Source: Patescibacteria group bacterium (lineage in GTDB: Bacteria > Patescibacteriota > JAHJAL01). From it: a stretch of 64,000 nucleotides of DNA. The stretch spans positions 222,132-286,131 of the forward strand of contig JBMORM010000009.1 in assembly GCA_049322675.1 (NCBI GenBank), in the 5' to 3' direction. Numbering within the stretch: the stretch's first letter is position 1; each line of letters opens with the position of its first letter. A program made the position numbers and the translations under genes. Under the pieces are notes generated by a model. It was not told where the DNA came from. It did not search any database and saw only the letters and a list, made by a program, of their open reading frames with translations. Shown here piece by piece: positions 54,867 through 63,346 of this stretch.

Positions 54867-54893
54867 CCAGCCCAAGATAATATAATAATAGTT

Positions 54894-54934
54894 GCAGTCG
54901 CTAAAAATCCCCCTTTATTAGCGGCTGCTTTTTT
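54894..54934 (+). terminator. Rho-independent terminator downstream of the receiver-like gene.
   Basis: GCAGUCGCUA (54894-54903) pairs with UAGCGGCUGC (54919-54928) as a 10-bp stem with one G·U pair, followed by TTTTTTGTGTG. Confidence 0.55.
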
Positions 54935-54990
54935 GTGTGTTAAAAATATGGTATGAATGACTTGCAATATATTTTTATCGCGAGGAAAAA

Positions 54991-55173
54991 ATGAGCGAGA
55001 AAAATAACGTTTTTGGACCAACATTTTGGCAACGCGGGGTCAATCTTTTGTCGATCGTGGTTTTGTTGACCATATCGGCCGTGATAATCTGGTTTTTATT
55101 GAATCTGGCTACCGGAAACATTTATTTAAATAATGCCGGAAGGGACCAACAGAGAGTAGAAAGTCTTCGATAG
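54991..55173 (+). CDS. Small putative single-pass membrane protein (60 aa).
   Basis: AGGAAAAAATG RBS-like context; hydrophobic segment LLSIVVLLTISAVIIWFLLNLA; no recognisable family; could be spurious. Confidence 0.3.
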   Translation: MSEKNNVFGPTFWQRGVNLLSIVVLLTISAVIIWFLLNLATGNIYLNNAGRDQQRVESLR

Positions 55174-55185
55174 TTTTTGATTTTT

Positions 55186-58100
55186 TTATTGTTTTCTCCC
55201 CTGGTGCCTCTCCCACTTACCCCATTTTTTTTCGTAGGTATTTTTGTTTTTATTCCATAGTCTTTGATATTCTACGGATTGAATTTTGCCAAAGGAGGCG
55301 CCGCCGACATGGTGAATAAAAACATCATCGCAGCACATTACTTTTAGGCCAATTTGTCTCATTTTGTTGGCCAGATCATCGTCTTCAAACCAGCCACGCT
55401 CGTATTCTTCGCTAATGAGACCCACTTTTTCCAGGTTGGTTTTTTTGGCCATTGTACAAAACAGGGCGGTTACTTTTATGTCAAATACTTCTCCCGAATG
55501 TTGCCGACAATAATCGTCGGCAAAAATCTGCATTTGATTGAGATCCTGATAATCCACCGCGATTCTGGCCTCATTGCCGATATTGTTGGTCACCGGTCCC
55601 AACAAACCAAGTTTTGGTTCCCGTTGAAAATGCGACAATAATCCATACAACCAATTGTTGGTTACCACGGTGTCGTTGTTTAAAAAAACGATATATTCGC
55701 CATGGGCAATCTTGATTCCTTGGTTGTTGCCGATGGCAAACCCCTTATTGTCTATATTTAAAATAAGCTTTAGGTTGGAGTGCTTTTGGCTTAATGCTTG
55801 GAGATACTGCGGCGTGCCATCTTGGGAATTGTTGTCCACGACTATTATTTCCAGATTCGGATAGCGAGAGTAACGGAAAATACTGTCCAGACAGACTTTG
55901 GTAAGTTCTAGGTTGTTGAAAGTTACGACGATGATTGACACTTTGGGAAAAAGGTCAGTTATTTTTTGAGACAAAACTTCGACCCGTTGATCCCAGGAAT
56001 TGTTTTTGGCGATTTCGATTCTTTTTTGCGCGATCATTTCATTTTTTTCTGATAAAGCCTGTTTAATATTAGCGATAAATTCCGCGGGAGTATTGGAAAA
56101 ATAACAAATGTCCTGATACTCTTTCAATTCGGGCAGAGCCACCGTCACGACCGGTTTGCCGCTGCACATATATTCATAAAATTTAACCGGATTGGTGGCC
56201 AAGGTCAAATTATTGATTAAAAAGGGGATCAGACAGACATCGAAATGATATAGATATTTGGGCAGTTGATCATATTTTATTTCGCCGAGCAAATGAACGT
56301 TCTTGAGATTGGCAAGCGGCGACAAATTGGCGCCGCGGGTATTGCCAATCAAGACGAAGTTGTAATCGGGGTATGCCCGAGCGCAAGCAGCAACCAATTG
56401 GCTATCAAACCAGGAAGAAATAGCGCCATAATAGCCAATGATCGGGTGTTTAAGTTTGATTAATTGATTGGGTGATAATTTATGGAAATGATCAAAACCG
56501 GCGGCGTTTTTTGAGAGAACAACATTTTTGTTTAACAGTTTGGCTTTGGCAAACAAGGAATCGGAACTGGTCAGTACCAGGTCTGAAGTGGTGAGCAGTT
56601 TTTTTTCATCAGCCAGGACGGACGGCGAATCAGTGAAACCCGCATGTTCATCCATGCAATCATAGATAATTTTATTGTTTTCCAATTTTTCAACCAAAGA
56701 AATCCAAAAGGGCTGGTCGATTTTGCTAATCGTAGAATTGATGTAATATTTCTTTTTGACCAAATTGATGGAGCGTAAAAGGAGATTGATATCATCCGGA
56801 TCAGTTAAGGAAGAATTGTATATATCCAAATCGCGGGTGGCGGCCAAGGTTACCAGAAATATTCGATCGGATATTGGTTTGACCTGAATTTTTGATAGCA
56901 GCTCGACATCGCTCTCATCCGGCTGCGCGAGATTGTTGGTGGTACGAAAATAAAAGATACGAAAACCCATATCGGCCAAACGACAGGCGATTTGTTGGGG
57001 ACGTTGGAAACGATGTTCCCAGTCAATAATAGGGAAAACAAAAATGTCGCCAAGATGATCAGAAAATAACCCATTTTGATAATCATCGGTCTGGGGCAGA
57101 GTGCGCCCAAAGTCAATTTGAAATGGATTGGGGTCGGTTTTTAGATTGAGAAAATATTTGTAATACCAGGGGCGCAAGAGATTTTTGATCGAATCGGGCA
57201 GATGCGGGGCGACGGTTTGAATATTTTTTTTGGTACGGACGAGCAAGTTGTTTTTTTGGGATTTGACAAAGTCCAGTGATTGACGCAAAGGCTTGGTAGA
57301 ACGCCAAAAAAAGGCGTTTTCCAATAACTGTATTTTTTCTTTTAATTCTTGGTTTTGTATCTTCAGACAATCATTTTCGGCTTGGACAGTTTTGGAAGCA
57401 ATACTATTGATCAAATTTTTTCTGGGAGAAGGCGGGATATTTTCCAACAAGTTTAGATAAGATTGCCGATAGTGCTGATAATCTTTAATAACATTGCCTT
57501 GCAAGATTTGTTTTTGAAAATAAAATTCCGCTTGGATATATTTTTCAATCGAATCGAGCGGGATGGATAACGCCTCGAGGGCATCGGAAAAACTGGTATT
57601 TTGAGGGGTGAGATAGTCGTGGTTTTGGAAATAGAAAGAGGAAAGTGCGCGGAAAAAAATATAGTTGATGGGAATAGGAAACTCAAATGTCCACTCATAG
57701 TCGGACAGATAAAAAGTTTGGTTGGACCGGTCAAAGAAAAAATTATCAAAGTTTAGATCGAGACAGCCATAAGCCAGACATGGTTCTGTTTGGGGCCAGT
57801 CGGAACCAAAGAGACGAATGTAACTGTCAGAAGGTTTGACGTCGTAGATGAGATGCCCAGAGAATAATTTTTTGTACCTTTTTAGCAAAGACAAAAAATC
57901 CTCTTGGTGATGACTTTTCCAGGCGAGCTGTAATAGAGAAAATAAGCTCGGGTGTGGGTTGTAGGCGAATTTTATTCCTGAAGGAGTGAGGATAGGTGGC
58001 AAAATTTCGTAGGGTAAATTGTTTTTCTTTAAATACTCATATTTACCAACTAAGCCGGAAACAAATTTTTTGGCGGCCAAGGTAGCGGCTTGTTTGCAAA

Positions 58101-58188
58101 CAAAAAGTTGTCCGTTTTCTTTGACTACCGACGTTTCAAGCTGATATTGTTTTTTTCGCAAAGGATTATAACGAACGTATATTTTCAT
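55186..58188 (-). CDS. Multidomain glycosyltransferase (1000 aa): N-terminal small-molecule-kinase-like domain, coiled coil, GT4 (group 1) domain and C-terminal GT2 domain. It is likely a polymerase or terminating enzyme of an ABC-transporter-dependent glycan pathway.
   Basis: GT2 motifs: VSIIVVTFNNLELTKVCLDSI…EIIVVDNNSQDGT…YIVFLNNDTVV. GT4 C-terminal motif: NPVKFYEYMCSGKPVVT. The kinase-like motifs YGCLDLNFDNFFFD (HGDLxxxN-like) and SDYEWTFEF (IDxE/DFG-like) lie at aa about 143-175. A coiled coil IQNQELKEKIQLLEN is present. The start overlaps the upstream methyltransferase stop by 4 nt. Confidence 0.8.
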   Translation of the reverse strand: MKIYVRYNPLRKKQYQLETSVVKENGQLFVCKQAATLAAKKFVSGLVGKYEYLKKNNLPYEILPPILTPSGIKFAYNPHPSLFSLLQLAWKSHHQEDFLSLLKRYKKLFSGHLIYDVKPSDSYIRLFGSDWPQTEPCLAYGCLDLNFDNFFFDRSNQTFYLSDYEWTFEFPIPINYIFFRALSSFYFQNHDYLTPQNTSFSDALEALSIPLDSIEKYIQAEFYFQKQILQGNVIKDYQHYRQSYLNLLENIPPSPRKNLINSIASKTVQAENDCLKIQNQELKEKIQLLENAFFWRSTKPLRQSLDFVKSQKNNLLVRTKKNIQTVAPHLPDSIKNLLRPWYYKYFLNLKTDPNPFQIDFGRTLPQTDDYQNGLFSDHLGDIFVFPIIDWEHRFQRPQQIACRLADMGFRIFYFRTTNNLAQPDESDVELLSKIQVKPISDRIFLVTLAATRDLDIYNSSLTDPDDINLLLRSINLVKKKYYINSTISKIDQPFWISLVEKLENNKIIYDCMDEHAGFTDSPSVLADEKKLLTTSDLVLTSSDSLFAKAKLLNKNVVLSKNAAGFDHFHKLSPNQLIKLKHPIIGYYGAISSWFDSQLVAACARAYPDYNFVLIGNTRGANLSPLANLKNVHLLGEIKYDQLPKYLYHFDVCLIPFLINNLTLATNPVKFYEYMCSGKPVVTVALPELKEYQDICYFSNTPAEFIANIKQALSEKNEMIAQKRIEIAKNNSWDQRVEVLSQKITDLFPKVSIIVVTFNNLELTKVCLDSIFRYSRYPNLEIIVVDNNSQDGTPQYLQALSQKHSNLKLILNIDNKGFAIGNNQGIKIAHGEYIVFLNNDTVVTNNWLYGLLSHFQREPKLGLLGPVTNNIGNEARIAVDYQDLNQMQIFADDYCRQHSGEVFDIKVTALFCTMAKKTNLEKVGLISEEYERGWFEDDDLANKMRQIGLKVMCCDDVFIHHVGGASFGKIQSVEYQRLWNKNKNTYEKKWGKWERHQGRKQ

Positions 58189-59075
58189 ATTTGGGCAAAG
58201 ATTAAGTAGGAGTTGGCAAAAAAAGGAAATTGAGCGTTGTCGATAAGATTGTGTTGAACAGTTTTTTCATTGAATAATACTTCTCTGGTTCGGGCAAAAT
58301 CTGGGGTGGGATAGAGATTAGATTTTGGCAAATGATTGGCAGAAGGCAAATATTGATCAGAAAATATTTCTTCCGGCAATTTGTAATCCGGCAAGGGATA
58401 ATAATATTCCAAATGAGAAAAACCGGCTTGGGTAAACAAATTATTTAATTCCATTTTTGAAAAAGTAATAATATCCTTTTGATAAGGATATCCTTCGATT
58501 GATTCAAAAAAATGACCGGTGTGATCTTCTGCACAACCTGACCAGTATTTTAAACCAAATTTATTTTCAATCGCCAAAATAAAGGTTCCGCCAGGATTTA
58601 GATGTTTTTTGGCGGCGAGTAAAAAATCCAGATAAGAATTTTGGGAATCGATATATTTGCCGGAATATTCCAAGACGCCGATAGCGGTGATGTAATCGTA
58701 GGTGTCGGGAAGTTTTGACGAAATAAAGTTGTCGGAAATGATTGAAAGATTGGATTCGTTTGGAAAACGATTTTTAATAATCTCCGCCCGTCTTGAACTA
58801 AGCTCAACGGCGGTAACTGCCAATTTTTTGTCCAAAAATAATCCGGTTAGGGCACCACAGCCCGCTCCGATCTCCAATAATTTTTTTCCCGGGGTAAAAT
58901 CATACCAAGATAGAAGATGATGACGAACGGGAGAAAGGTGGTAGCGCAGGGCCCAGACGGGATTGTGTTCGATAATTTCTTGAATTTTGTTCGACTGATT
59001 TGGTTGCTTAAACAACGAGAGCAATTCATCTTCGACTGGACCGTCGGAATAGATTTGGGTTTTCTTATTGGTCAT
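58185..59075 (-). CDS. Class I SAM-dependent methyltransferase.
   Basis: The protein is 296 aa. Motif I is LLEIGAGCGALTGLF, followed by downstream acidic and GGTFIL motifs. Confidence 0.75.
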   Translation of the reverse strand: MTNKKTQIYSDGPVEDELLSLFKQPNQSNKIQEIIEHNPVWALRYHLSPVRHHLLSWYDFTPGKKLLEIGAGCGALTGLFLDKKLAVTAVELSSRRAEIIKNRFPNESNLSIISDNFISSKLPDTYDYITAIGVLEYSGKYIDSQNSYLDFLLAAKKHLNPGGTFILAIENKFGLKYWSGCAEDHTGHFFESIEGYPYQKDIITFSKMELNNLFTQAGFSHLEYYYPLPDYKLPEEIFSDQYLPSANHLPKSNLYPTPDFARTREVLFNEKTVQHNLIDNAQFPFFANSYLIFAQI

Positions 59076-59126
59076 TGAGACAAAATATTTTTATAATACA
59101 GGGGGGTAAATATTTTTTATTAATTT

Positions 59127-59975
59127 ATGAAAGAAACAATATTATCGATTGTTGTCGTTATTTACAATATGAGAAGAGAGATCGAAAGAACTCTGCACTC
59201 ATTAAGTATAGAATACCAGCGCGGGATAGACAAAAATGACTATGAGGTACTGGTGATTGACAATGGGTCGCGGCAAAGGTTGGAGGCGGATTTTTTTTCC
59301 GGATTCAAGGCGAATATCAAGTATCACTACCTGGAAAATGCCAACAGTTCGCCGGCGGCAGCGATGAATTTTGGTGCAAAGAAGGCGGAGGGTCAATATT
59401 TGGGATTGATGATCGACGGGGCCAGGTTGCTTACTCCGGGGATTTTGGCAAAAGCAAAAAATATTTTGTTGGCAAATGAGATGGCGACGGTCACAGTTTT
59501 GGGTTGGCATCTCGGTCCGAAGTTACAAAAAGATTCGGTACTGGATGGTTACAATCAGACAATCGAAGATGAGTTATTGAAAAAAATTGATTGGCCGAAC
59601 GATGGTTACAAATTATTTGATATCGCGACCAGGGCCGGTTCAAATATGGACGGGTGGCAGGGACAAATTGCTGAGAGTAATTGTTTTTTTGTAAGCAAGA
59701 AAAGATATGATGAGTTGGGCGGGCTGAACGAAAAATTTGTCACCGCCGGCGGGGGAATCGTGAATTTGGATTTTTACAAACGGGCGGTAGAGAGTCCGGA
59801 TGGAAAAAATTTTGGCTTGATAGACGAAGGGACTTTTCACCAGATACACAGCCAGGCGATTTCGAGCAATGCTTCGATACAAAAAAATAATCCTTTTCGG
59901 GATTATTTGGTTGAATACAAAAAAATCTATGGCTACGATTATGTTGTGCCAACGGTCAAATACGAATATCATTGA
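59127..59975 (+). CDS. Family 2 glycosyltransferase (282 aa), encoded on the opposite strand from the surrounding cluster.
   Basis: LSIVVVIYNMRREIERTLHSL…YEVLVIDNGS…LGLMIDGARLL is a typical GT2 N-terminal core. A possible -10 TATAAT at 59092-59097 lies upstream. Confidence 0.75.
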   Translation: MKETILSIVVVIYNMRREIERTLHSLSIEYQRGIDKNDYEVLVIDNGSRQRLEADFFSGFKANIKYHYLENANSSPAAAMNFGAKKAEGQYLGLMIDGARLLTPGILAKAKNILLANEMATVTVLGWHLGPKLQKDSVLDGYNQTIEDELLKKIDWPNDGYKLFDIATRAGSNMDGWQGQIAESNCFFVSKKRYDELGGLNEKFVTAGGGIVNLDFYKRAVESPDGKNFGLIDEGTFHQIHSQAISSNASIQKNNPFRDYLVEYKKIYGYDYVVPTVKYEYH

Positions 59976-59982
59976 TAATCGG

Positions 59983-60849
59983 TTAATCGATCTTGCGACC
60001 AAGCAAACGATAATATTTGTCCCGCATCTTCCAAAATTTGGATGATTTCATAGTGGCGATTTCTTTTTGTAATTGCCTGATTTGGACTTTGATTTTTTGG
60101 TCGTTGGCGGCGCTTTCTTTCACGATTTTTTGAATAGTATCTTGATATTGATTGACAAGTTTATGACGGCTTTCGATTTGATGTTTCTCTTTTAAAGAGT
60201 AATTTTTATAATAATCTTCCAGGTCGAGAGCGATAAAATCGGCGAGAGGACTTTTTTGACCCAAAAAGACCACTCCCAAGCCGTGGGAGTGGGAAAATTG
60301 GTAGGTTGAATATTTCTTTTGAAGTATTTTCCAAAGTTTGTAAACACCGAAATCTGATCTTTTTTCCACGATGTCATGGAATAAAATTATTCCGTTGGCG
60401 GACATTTTGGGAAGCCAGGTTTGATAGTCATGGGCAACGGCTTCGTAGGTATGATAACCGTCGATATGCAACAAATCAATGCCGGAGTCGGCAAATTTGG
60501 GGACGACCTTGTCAAATGTTTGTTTCAAGAGAGAAGTATTCAACTTGGGATAATAGGTTGAGTTGATATTTTTTACTTGGGAAAATATTTTTTGATCATA
60601 TTGGCCGGTATGTTTATCACCTTGCCAGGTGTCAATGCCGTAGATTTTGGTTTTTAGTTTTAAATCTTTGATCGCTTGGCAAAAAGAAAAAAAGGAAATT
60701 CCCCGGGCAACACCAAGTTCGACAATCACTTTGGGCTTGATATTGGCGACCAGATCATAGGCAAAATATATATGTCCCAACCAAGGATATGATGGTTGGT
60801 TGAGAATTTGTTGATATTCGAAGATAGGATGATATAGTCGCCAATTCAT
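59983..60849 (-). CDS. Class I SAM-dependent O-methyltransferase of the TylF/MycF/CmcI-like family, with a C-terminal coiled coil.
   Basis: VIVELGVARGISFFSF…IYGIDTW…DLLHIDGYHTYEAVAHDYQTWLPKMSANGIILFHDI. The C-terminal tail …QKIKVQIRQLQKEIATMK is a predicted coiled coil. Confidence 0.65.
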   Translation of the reverse strand: MNWRLYHPIFEYQQILNQPSYPWLGHIYFAYDLVANIKPKVIVELGVARGISFFSFCQAIKDLKLKTKIYGIDTWQGDKHTGQYDQKIFSQVKNINSTYYPKLNTSLLKQTFDKVVPKFADSGIDLLHIDGYHTYEAVAHDYQTWLPKMSANGIILFHDIVEKRSDFGVYKLWKILQKKYSTYQFSHSHGLGVVFLGQKSPLADFIALDLEDYYKNYSLKEKHQIESRHKLVNQYQDTIQKIVKESAANDQKIKVQIRQLQKEIATMKSSKFWKMRDKYYRLLGRKID

Positions 60850-60859
60850 AAGAAAATAT

Positions 60860-61447
60860 TTATAAGGATAGGATTTTTTTAGCTAAATAATTTTTTAATT
60901 TTTTCTTAATTTTTTCCGGGAGATTATAATCAGGTTTTTGCATAACGATCAGGCTATCTTTCCAGGTGTTATCCGGATCATTATTCCAGTCGGTGGCAGC
61001 CGATAATACTTTGAAATCGGAATATTTGGCGATGGCGGTTAGGCCGTCGGAGAAAAAGCGATAACAATCAACCGGATAGCGGTGAGCCGGGCCGGATGAT
61101 GGGGCGATTAGACAACATAATCCATGGTTTTTCAAGACTCGATGAATTTCCATGATGGTAATCCAAAAATATTCGATATGCTCCAGAGCTTGACCGGAAA
61201 TTATGACATCGTATGAATTGGAGGGAATCTCTTGCCAGTTGTAAATATCGGCTACCACCAAATCGACATTTTTGCCGGCGGTAACGTCCAAACCGGTGTA
61301 TTGCCATTTTGGTTGATCGAACAATTGTTTGTAAGATCCATTTACATCCTGACTGCCGACATCCAAAATCCGAAGGGACTGATCGATTTTATCCGACAGA
61401 AATTTATCGACAAAGGATTTCATTTTTTGCAAAGAAGAAGAGTGCAT
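60860..61447 (-). CDS. SAM-dependent methyltransferase of the Methyltransf_11-like family.
   Basis: 195 aa; LRILDVGSQDVNGSY…YDVIISGQALEHIEY…LKNHGLCCLIAP. Confidence 0.65.
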   Translation of the reverse strand: MHSSSLQKMKSFVDKFLSDKIDQSLRILDVGSQDVNGSYKQLFDQPKWQYTGLDVTAGKNVDLVVADIYNWQEIPSNSYDVIISGQALEHIEYFWITIMEIHRVLKNHGLCCLIAPSSGPAHRYPVDCYRFFSDGLTAIAKYSDFKVLSAATDWNNDPDNTWKDSLIVMQKPDYNLPEKIKKKLKNYLAKKILSL

Positions 61448-61456
61448 GTTGAGAGA

Positions 61457-62632
61457 TTAATAAATTTTTATTTCATGCGAAAAATCGACCAAACCATGGG
61501 AATCAAAGGCAGAGTTTTTGATATGAAAGAGAGCGCAGTTGTCCTGAAGCAGAAAAAAATTGCTTTTGGTTTGATCGCAGATAGACAGGGAAATAGAGAA
61601 GGTACCGGAAGCCAGGGTTTGGTTGATGATAAATTCAACCGATATTTTTCCCGGCTTGATCCGGCCGGTGTCGATTTTTTGCAAGGCGGTATTGGTAACA
61701 AAAATATTGTGATTATCACTATCGCGCACAAAGAGACCAAAGATCGGTTTTTCCAGCGGGGAGGCAACGTCAAAATCACAGCTGATTTTGATCGGTTTGC
61801 CCGACTCAAAAACCGGTTGAGAGTTGTTTTTATCATCTCGTATTTCAACCCGCAGCAGTTTCAACTCGGCCGAGGTGACCAAAATATTATCGCGTTTGAT
61901 AGAACGAACCTCTACTTCTTGCCGATAACGCGAGAGCACATTACCCACTGAGTCATCATGTTTGAGAGTCCCCTGCTCCAACCAAAGACATCGGTCGCAG
62001 ATTTTTTCAATATTGGACAAGCTGTGACTGACGAATAAGACCGTTTTTTTCTTGGACTTGAATTCATAAAATTTTTTGAAACATTTTTTTTGAAAATCAA
62101 GATCCCCTACCGCCAAGACTTCATCAAGAAGAAGAATGTCAAAATCGGCTTGGATGGCAATAGAAAAAGCCAGGCGGACAAACATGCCTGAAGAGAAATT
62201 TTTGATTTTTGTGTCCAAAAATTTTTCCAATTCAGCGAAGCCGATGATTTCGGGTAATTTTTTGGCAATCTGTTTTTGGTGAAGACCAAGCAGGGTGCCA
62301 TAAAGAAAAATGTTTTCGTAAGCGGTCAATTGGGGTTGAAAGCCGACACCCAGTTCAAGAAAGGGACTGAGACGACCGGCGGTCTTGATCGAGCCGGAAG
62401 TAGGAGCATAGATGCTGGCCAAGATTTTCAACAAAGTGCTTTTGCCACTACCATTGCGGCCGATAATGCCGACAAATTCACCGGCTTCGACGGAAAAACT
62501 AATATCATCCAATACGGTCAACAATTCTTGATTGCTTTTAAAACTAGCTAGTAGACTTTGTTTCAATGTACTGTGCCGCTCGTGATTGATGACAAATTGC
62601 TTAAATAAATTTTTGACTTCAATGATGGGCAT
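61457..62632 (-). CDS. wzt: Polysaccharide-export ABC transporter ATP-binding protein (Wzt/TagH family) with a C-terminal Wzt_C-like carbohydrate-binding beta-sandwich domain.
   Basis: Walker A GIIGRNGSGKSTLLKIL, signature FSSGMFVRLAFSIA and Walker B ILLLDEVLAVGD identify the ATPase. A C-terminal extension of about 150 aa (…KLLRVEIRDDKNNSQPVFESGKPIKISCDFDV…ISLSICDQ…) follows the NBD. Confidence 0.85.
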   Translation of the reverse strand: MPIIEVKNLFKQFVINHERHSTLKQSLLASFKSNQELLTVLDDISFSVEAGEFVGIIGRNGSGKSTLLKILASIYAPTSGSIKTAGRLSPFLELGVGFQPQLTAYENIFLYGTLLGLHQKQIAKKLPEIIGFAELEKFLDTKIKNFSSGMFVRLAFSIAIQADFDILLLDEVLAVGDLDFQKKCFKKFYEFKSKKKTVLFVSHSLSNIEKICDRCLWLEQGTLKHDDSVGNVLSRYRQEVEVRSIKRDNILVTSAELKLLRVEIRDDKNNSQPVFESGKPIKISCDFDVASPLEKPIFGLFVRDSDNHNIFVTNTALQKIDTGRIKPGKISVEFIINQTLASGTFSISLSICDQTKSNFFLLQDNCALFHIKNSAFDSHGLVDFSHEIKIY

Positions 62633-62651
62633 GGGGGAAGTTGTGTTAAAT

Positions 62652-63251
62652 TTAAGAGTAAAATAACTGCTTTAGAGCGACGATTTGCGGGGACAATTCA
62701 AGAAAGTATTCTTCGGCGGTTTGGTCGTGAAAATATTTACCGGTGGTTTTACTGATATAAAGGTGACGCATAGGTAGGTGAATATCGATTGGTCCATGCG
62801 GCTGGCTAGTGAGAGTGTACTCTCTTTTGTTTTCAATTTGATCGATTTGGCCATCTGGCTGAAGGAGCGTCCAGTAATCAATATAATAAAAATCTTTTTG
62901 GCCGCCATATTTGTTGGCGAGGTCGATATAGAATTTTTCCATCAAAGCAGCAATTTGTTCTGGGGTTAAATCTTTTTCATTTTTTTCTCCCAAAGCGACG
63001 CGGCGGACATGAGTCGGATCAAAATCTTCGCCGGAGAAAAAGACGGCAGTGTCTTGGCTGAGTACTGGATATGGATATTGGTCAACATATGGAAGAATTT
63101 TTTTCTGGGAATTTTCTCGGCCATCACGACCATTTTCTTCTACTTCGATATAATCCGGGACAAATTGGATTGGTAAATTGGGATCAAGGCGGGAAAACAA
63201 TTTTTGCAAGCGAGTTAGTTTTCCTTGGTTGGATGAAGCGAAGTAGAGCAT
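62652..63251 (-). CDS. Hypothetical protein (199 aa) with weak Ham1/RdgB (ITPase/non-canonical NTP pyrophosphatase)-like N-terminal motifs.
   Basis: MLYFASSNQGKLTRLQKLF matches the Ham1 start (ivfATgN.gKl.E). IEVEENGRDGRENSQKKI and PVLSQDTAVFFSG loosely match the E..G.tf.ENA..KA and DDSGL.vdaL.G blocks. The match is weak and needs a profile search. Confidence 0.3.
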   Translation of the reverse strand: MLYFASSNQGKLTRLQKLFSRLDPNLPIQFVPDYIEVEENGRDGRENSQKKILPYVDQYPYPVLSQDTAVFFSGEDFDPTHVRRVALGEKNEKDLTPEQIAALMEKFYIDLANKYGGQKDFYYIDYWTLLQPDGQIDQIENKREYTLTSQPHGPIDIHLPMRHLYISKTTGKYFHDQTAEEYFLELSPQIVALKQLFYS

Positions 63252-63266
63252 ATTAACAATTTATAA

Positions 63267-63343
63267 TTTTCAATTTTTAATTTTCAAATGGAAAAAGCAG
63301 TAAATTTAATATTTTTTTTAAATTTGCTTAGAAATTGGAAATT
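63267..63343. repeat. Second, degenerate copy of the TTTCCAA/TTGGAAA heptamer element, lying in the wzm to Ham1-like intergenic region.
   Basis: TTTTCAA TTTTTAA TTTTCAA ATGGAAA lie at 63267-63294 and TTAGAAA TTGGAAA at 63328-63341. The 13-mer GAAATTGGAAATT (63331-63343) is identical to 4734-4746. The arrangement on the + strand is the same as in the first copy at 4638-4747. Confidence 0.5.
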
Positions 63344-63346
63344 CTT

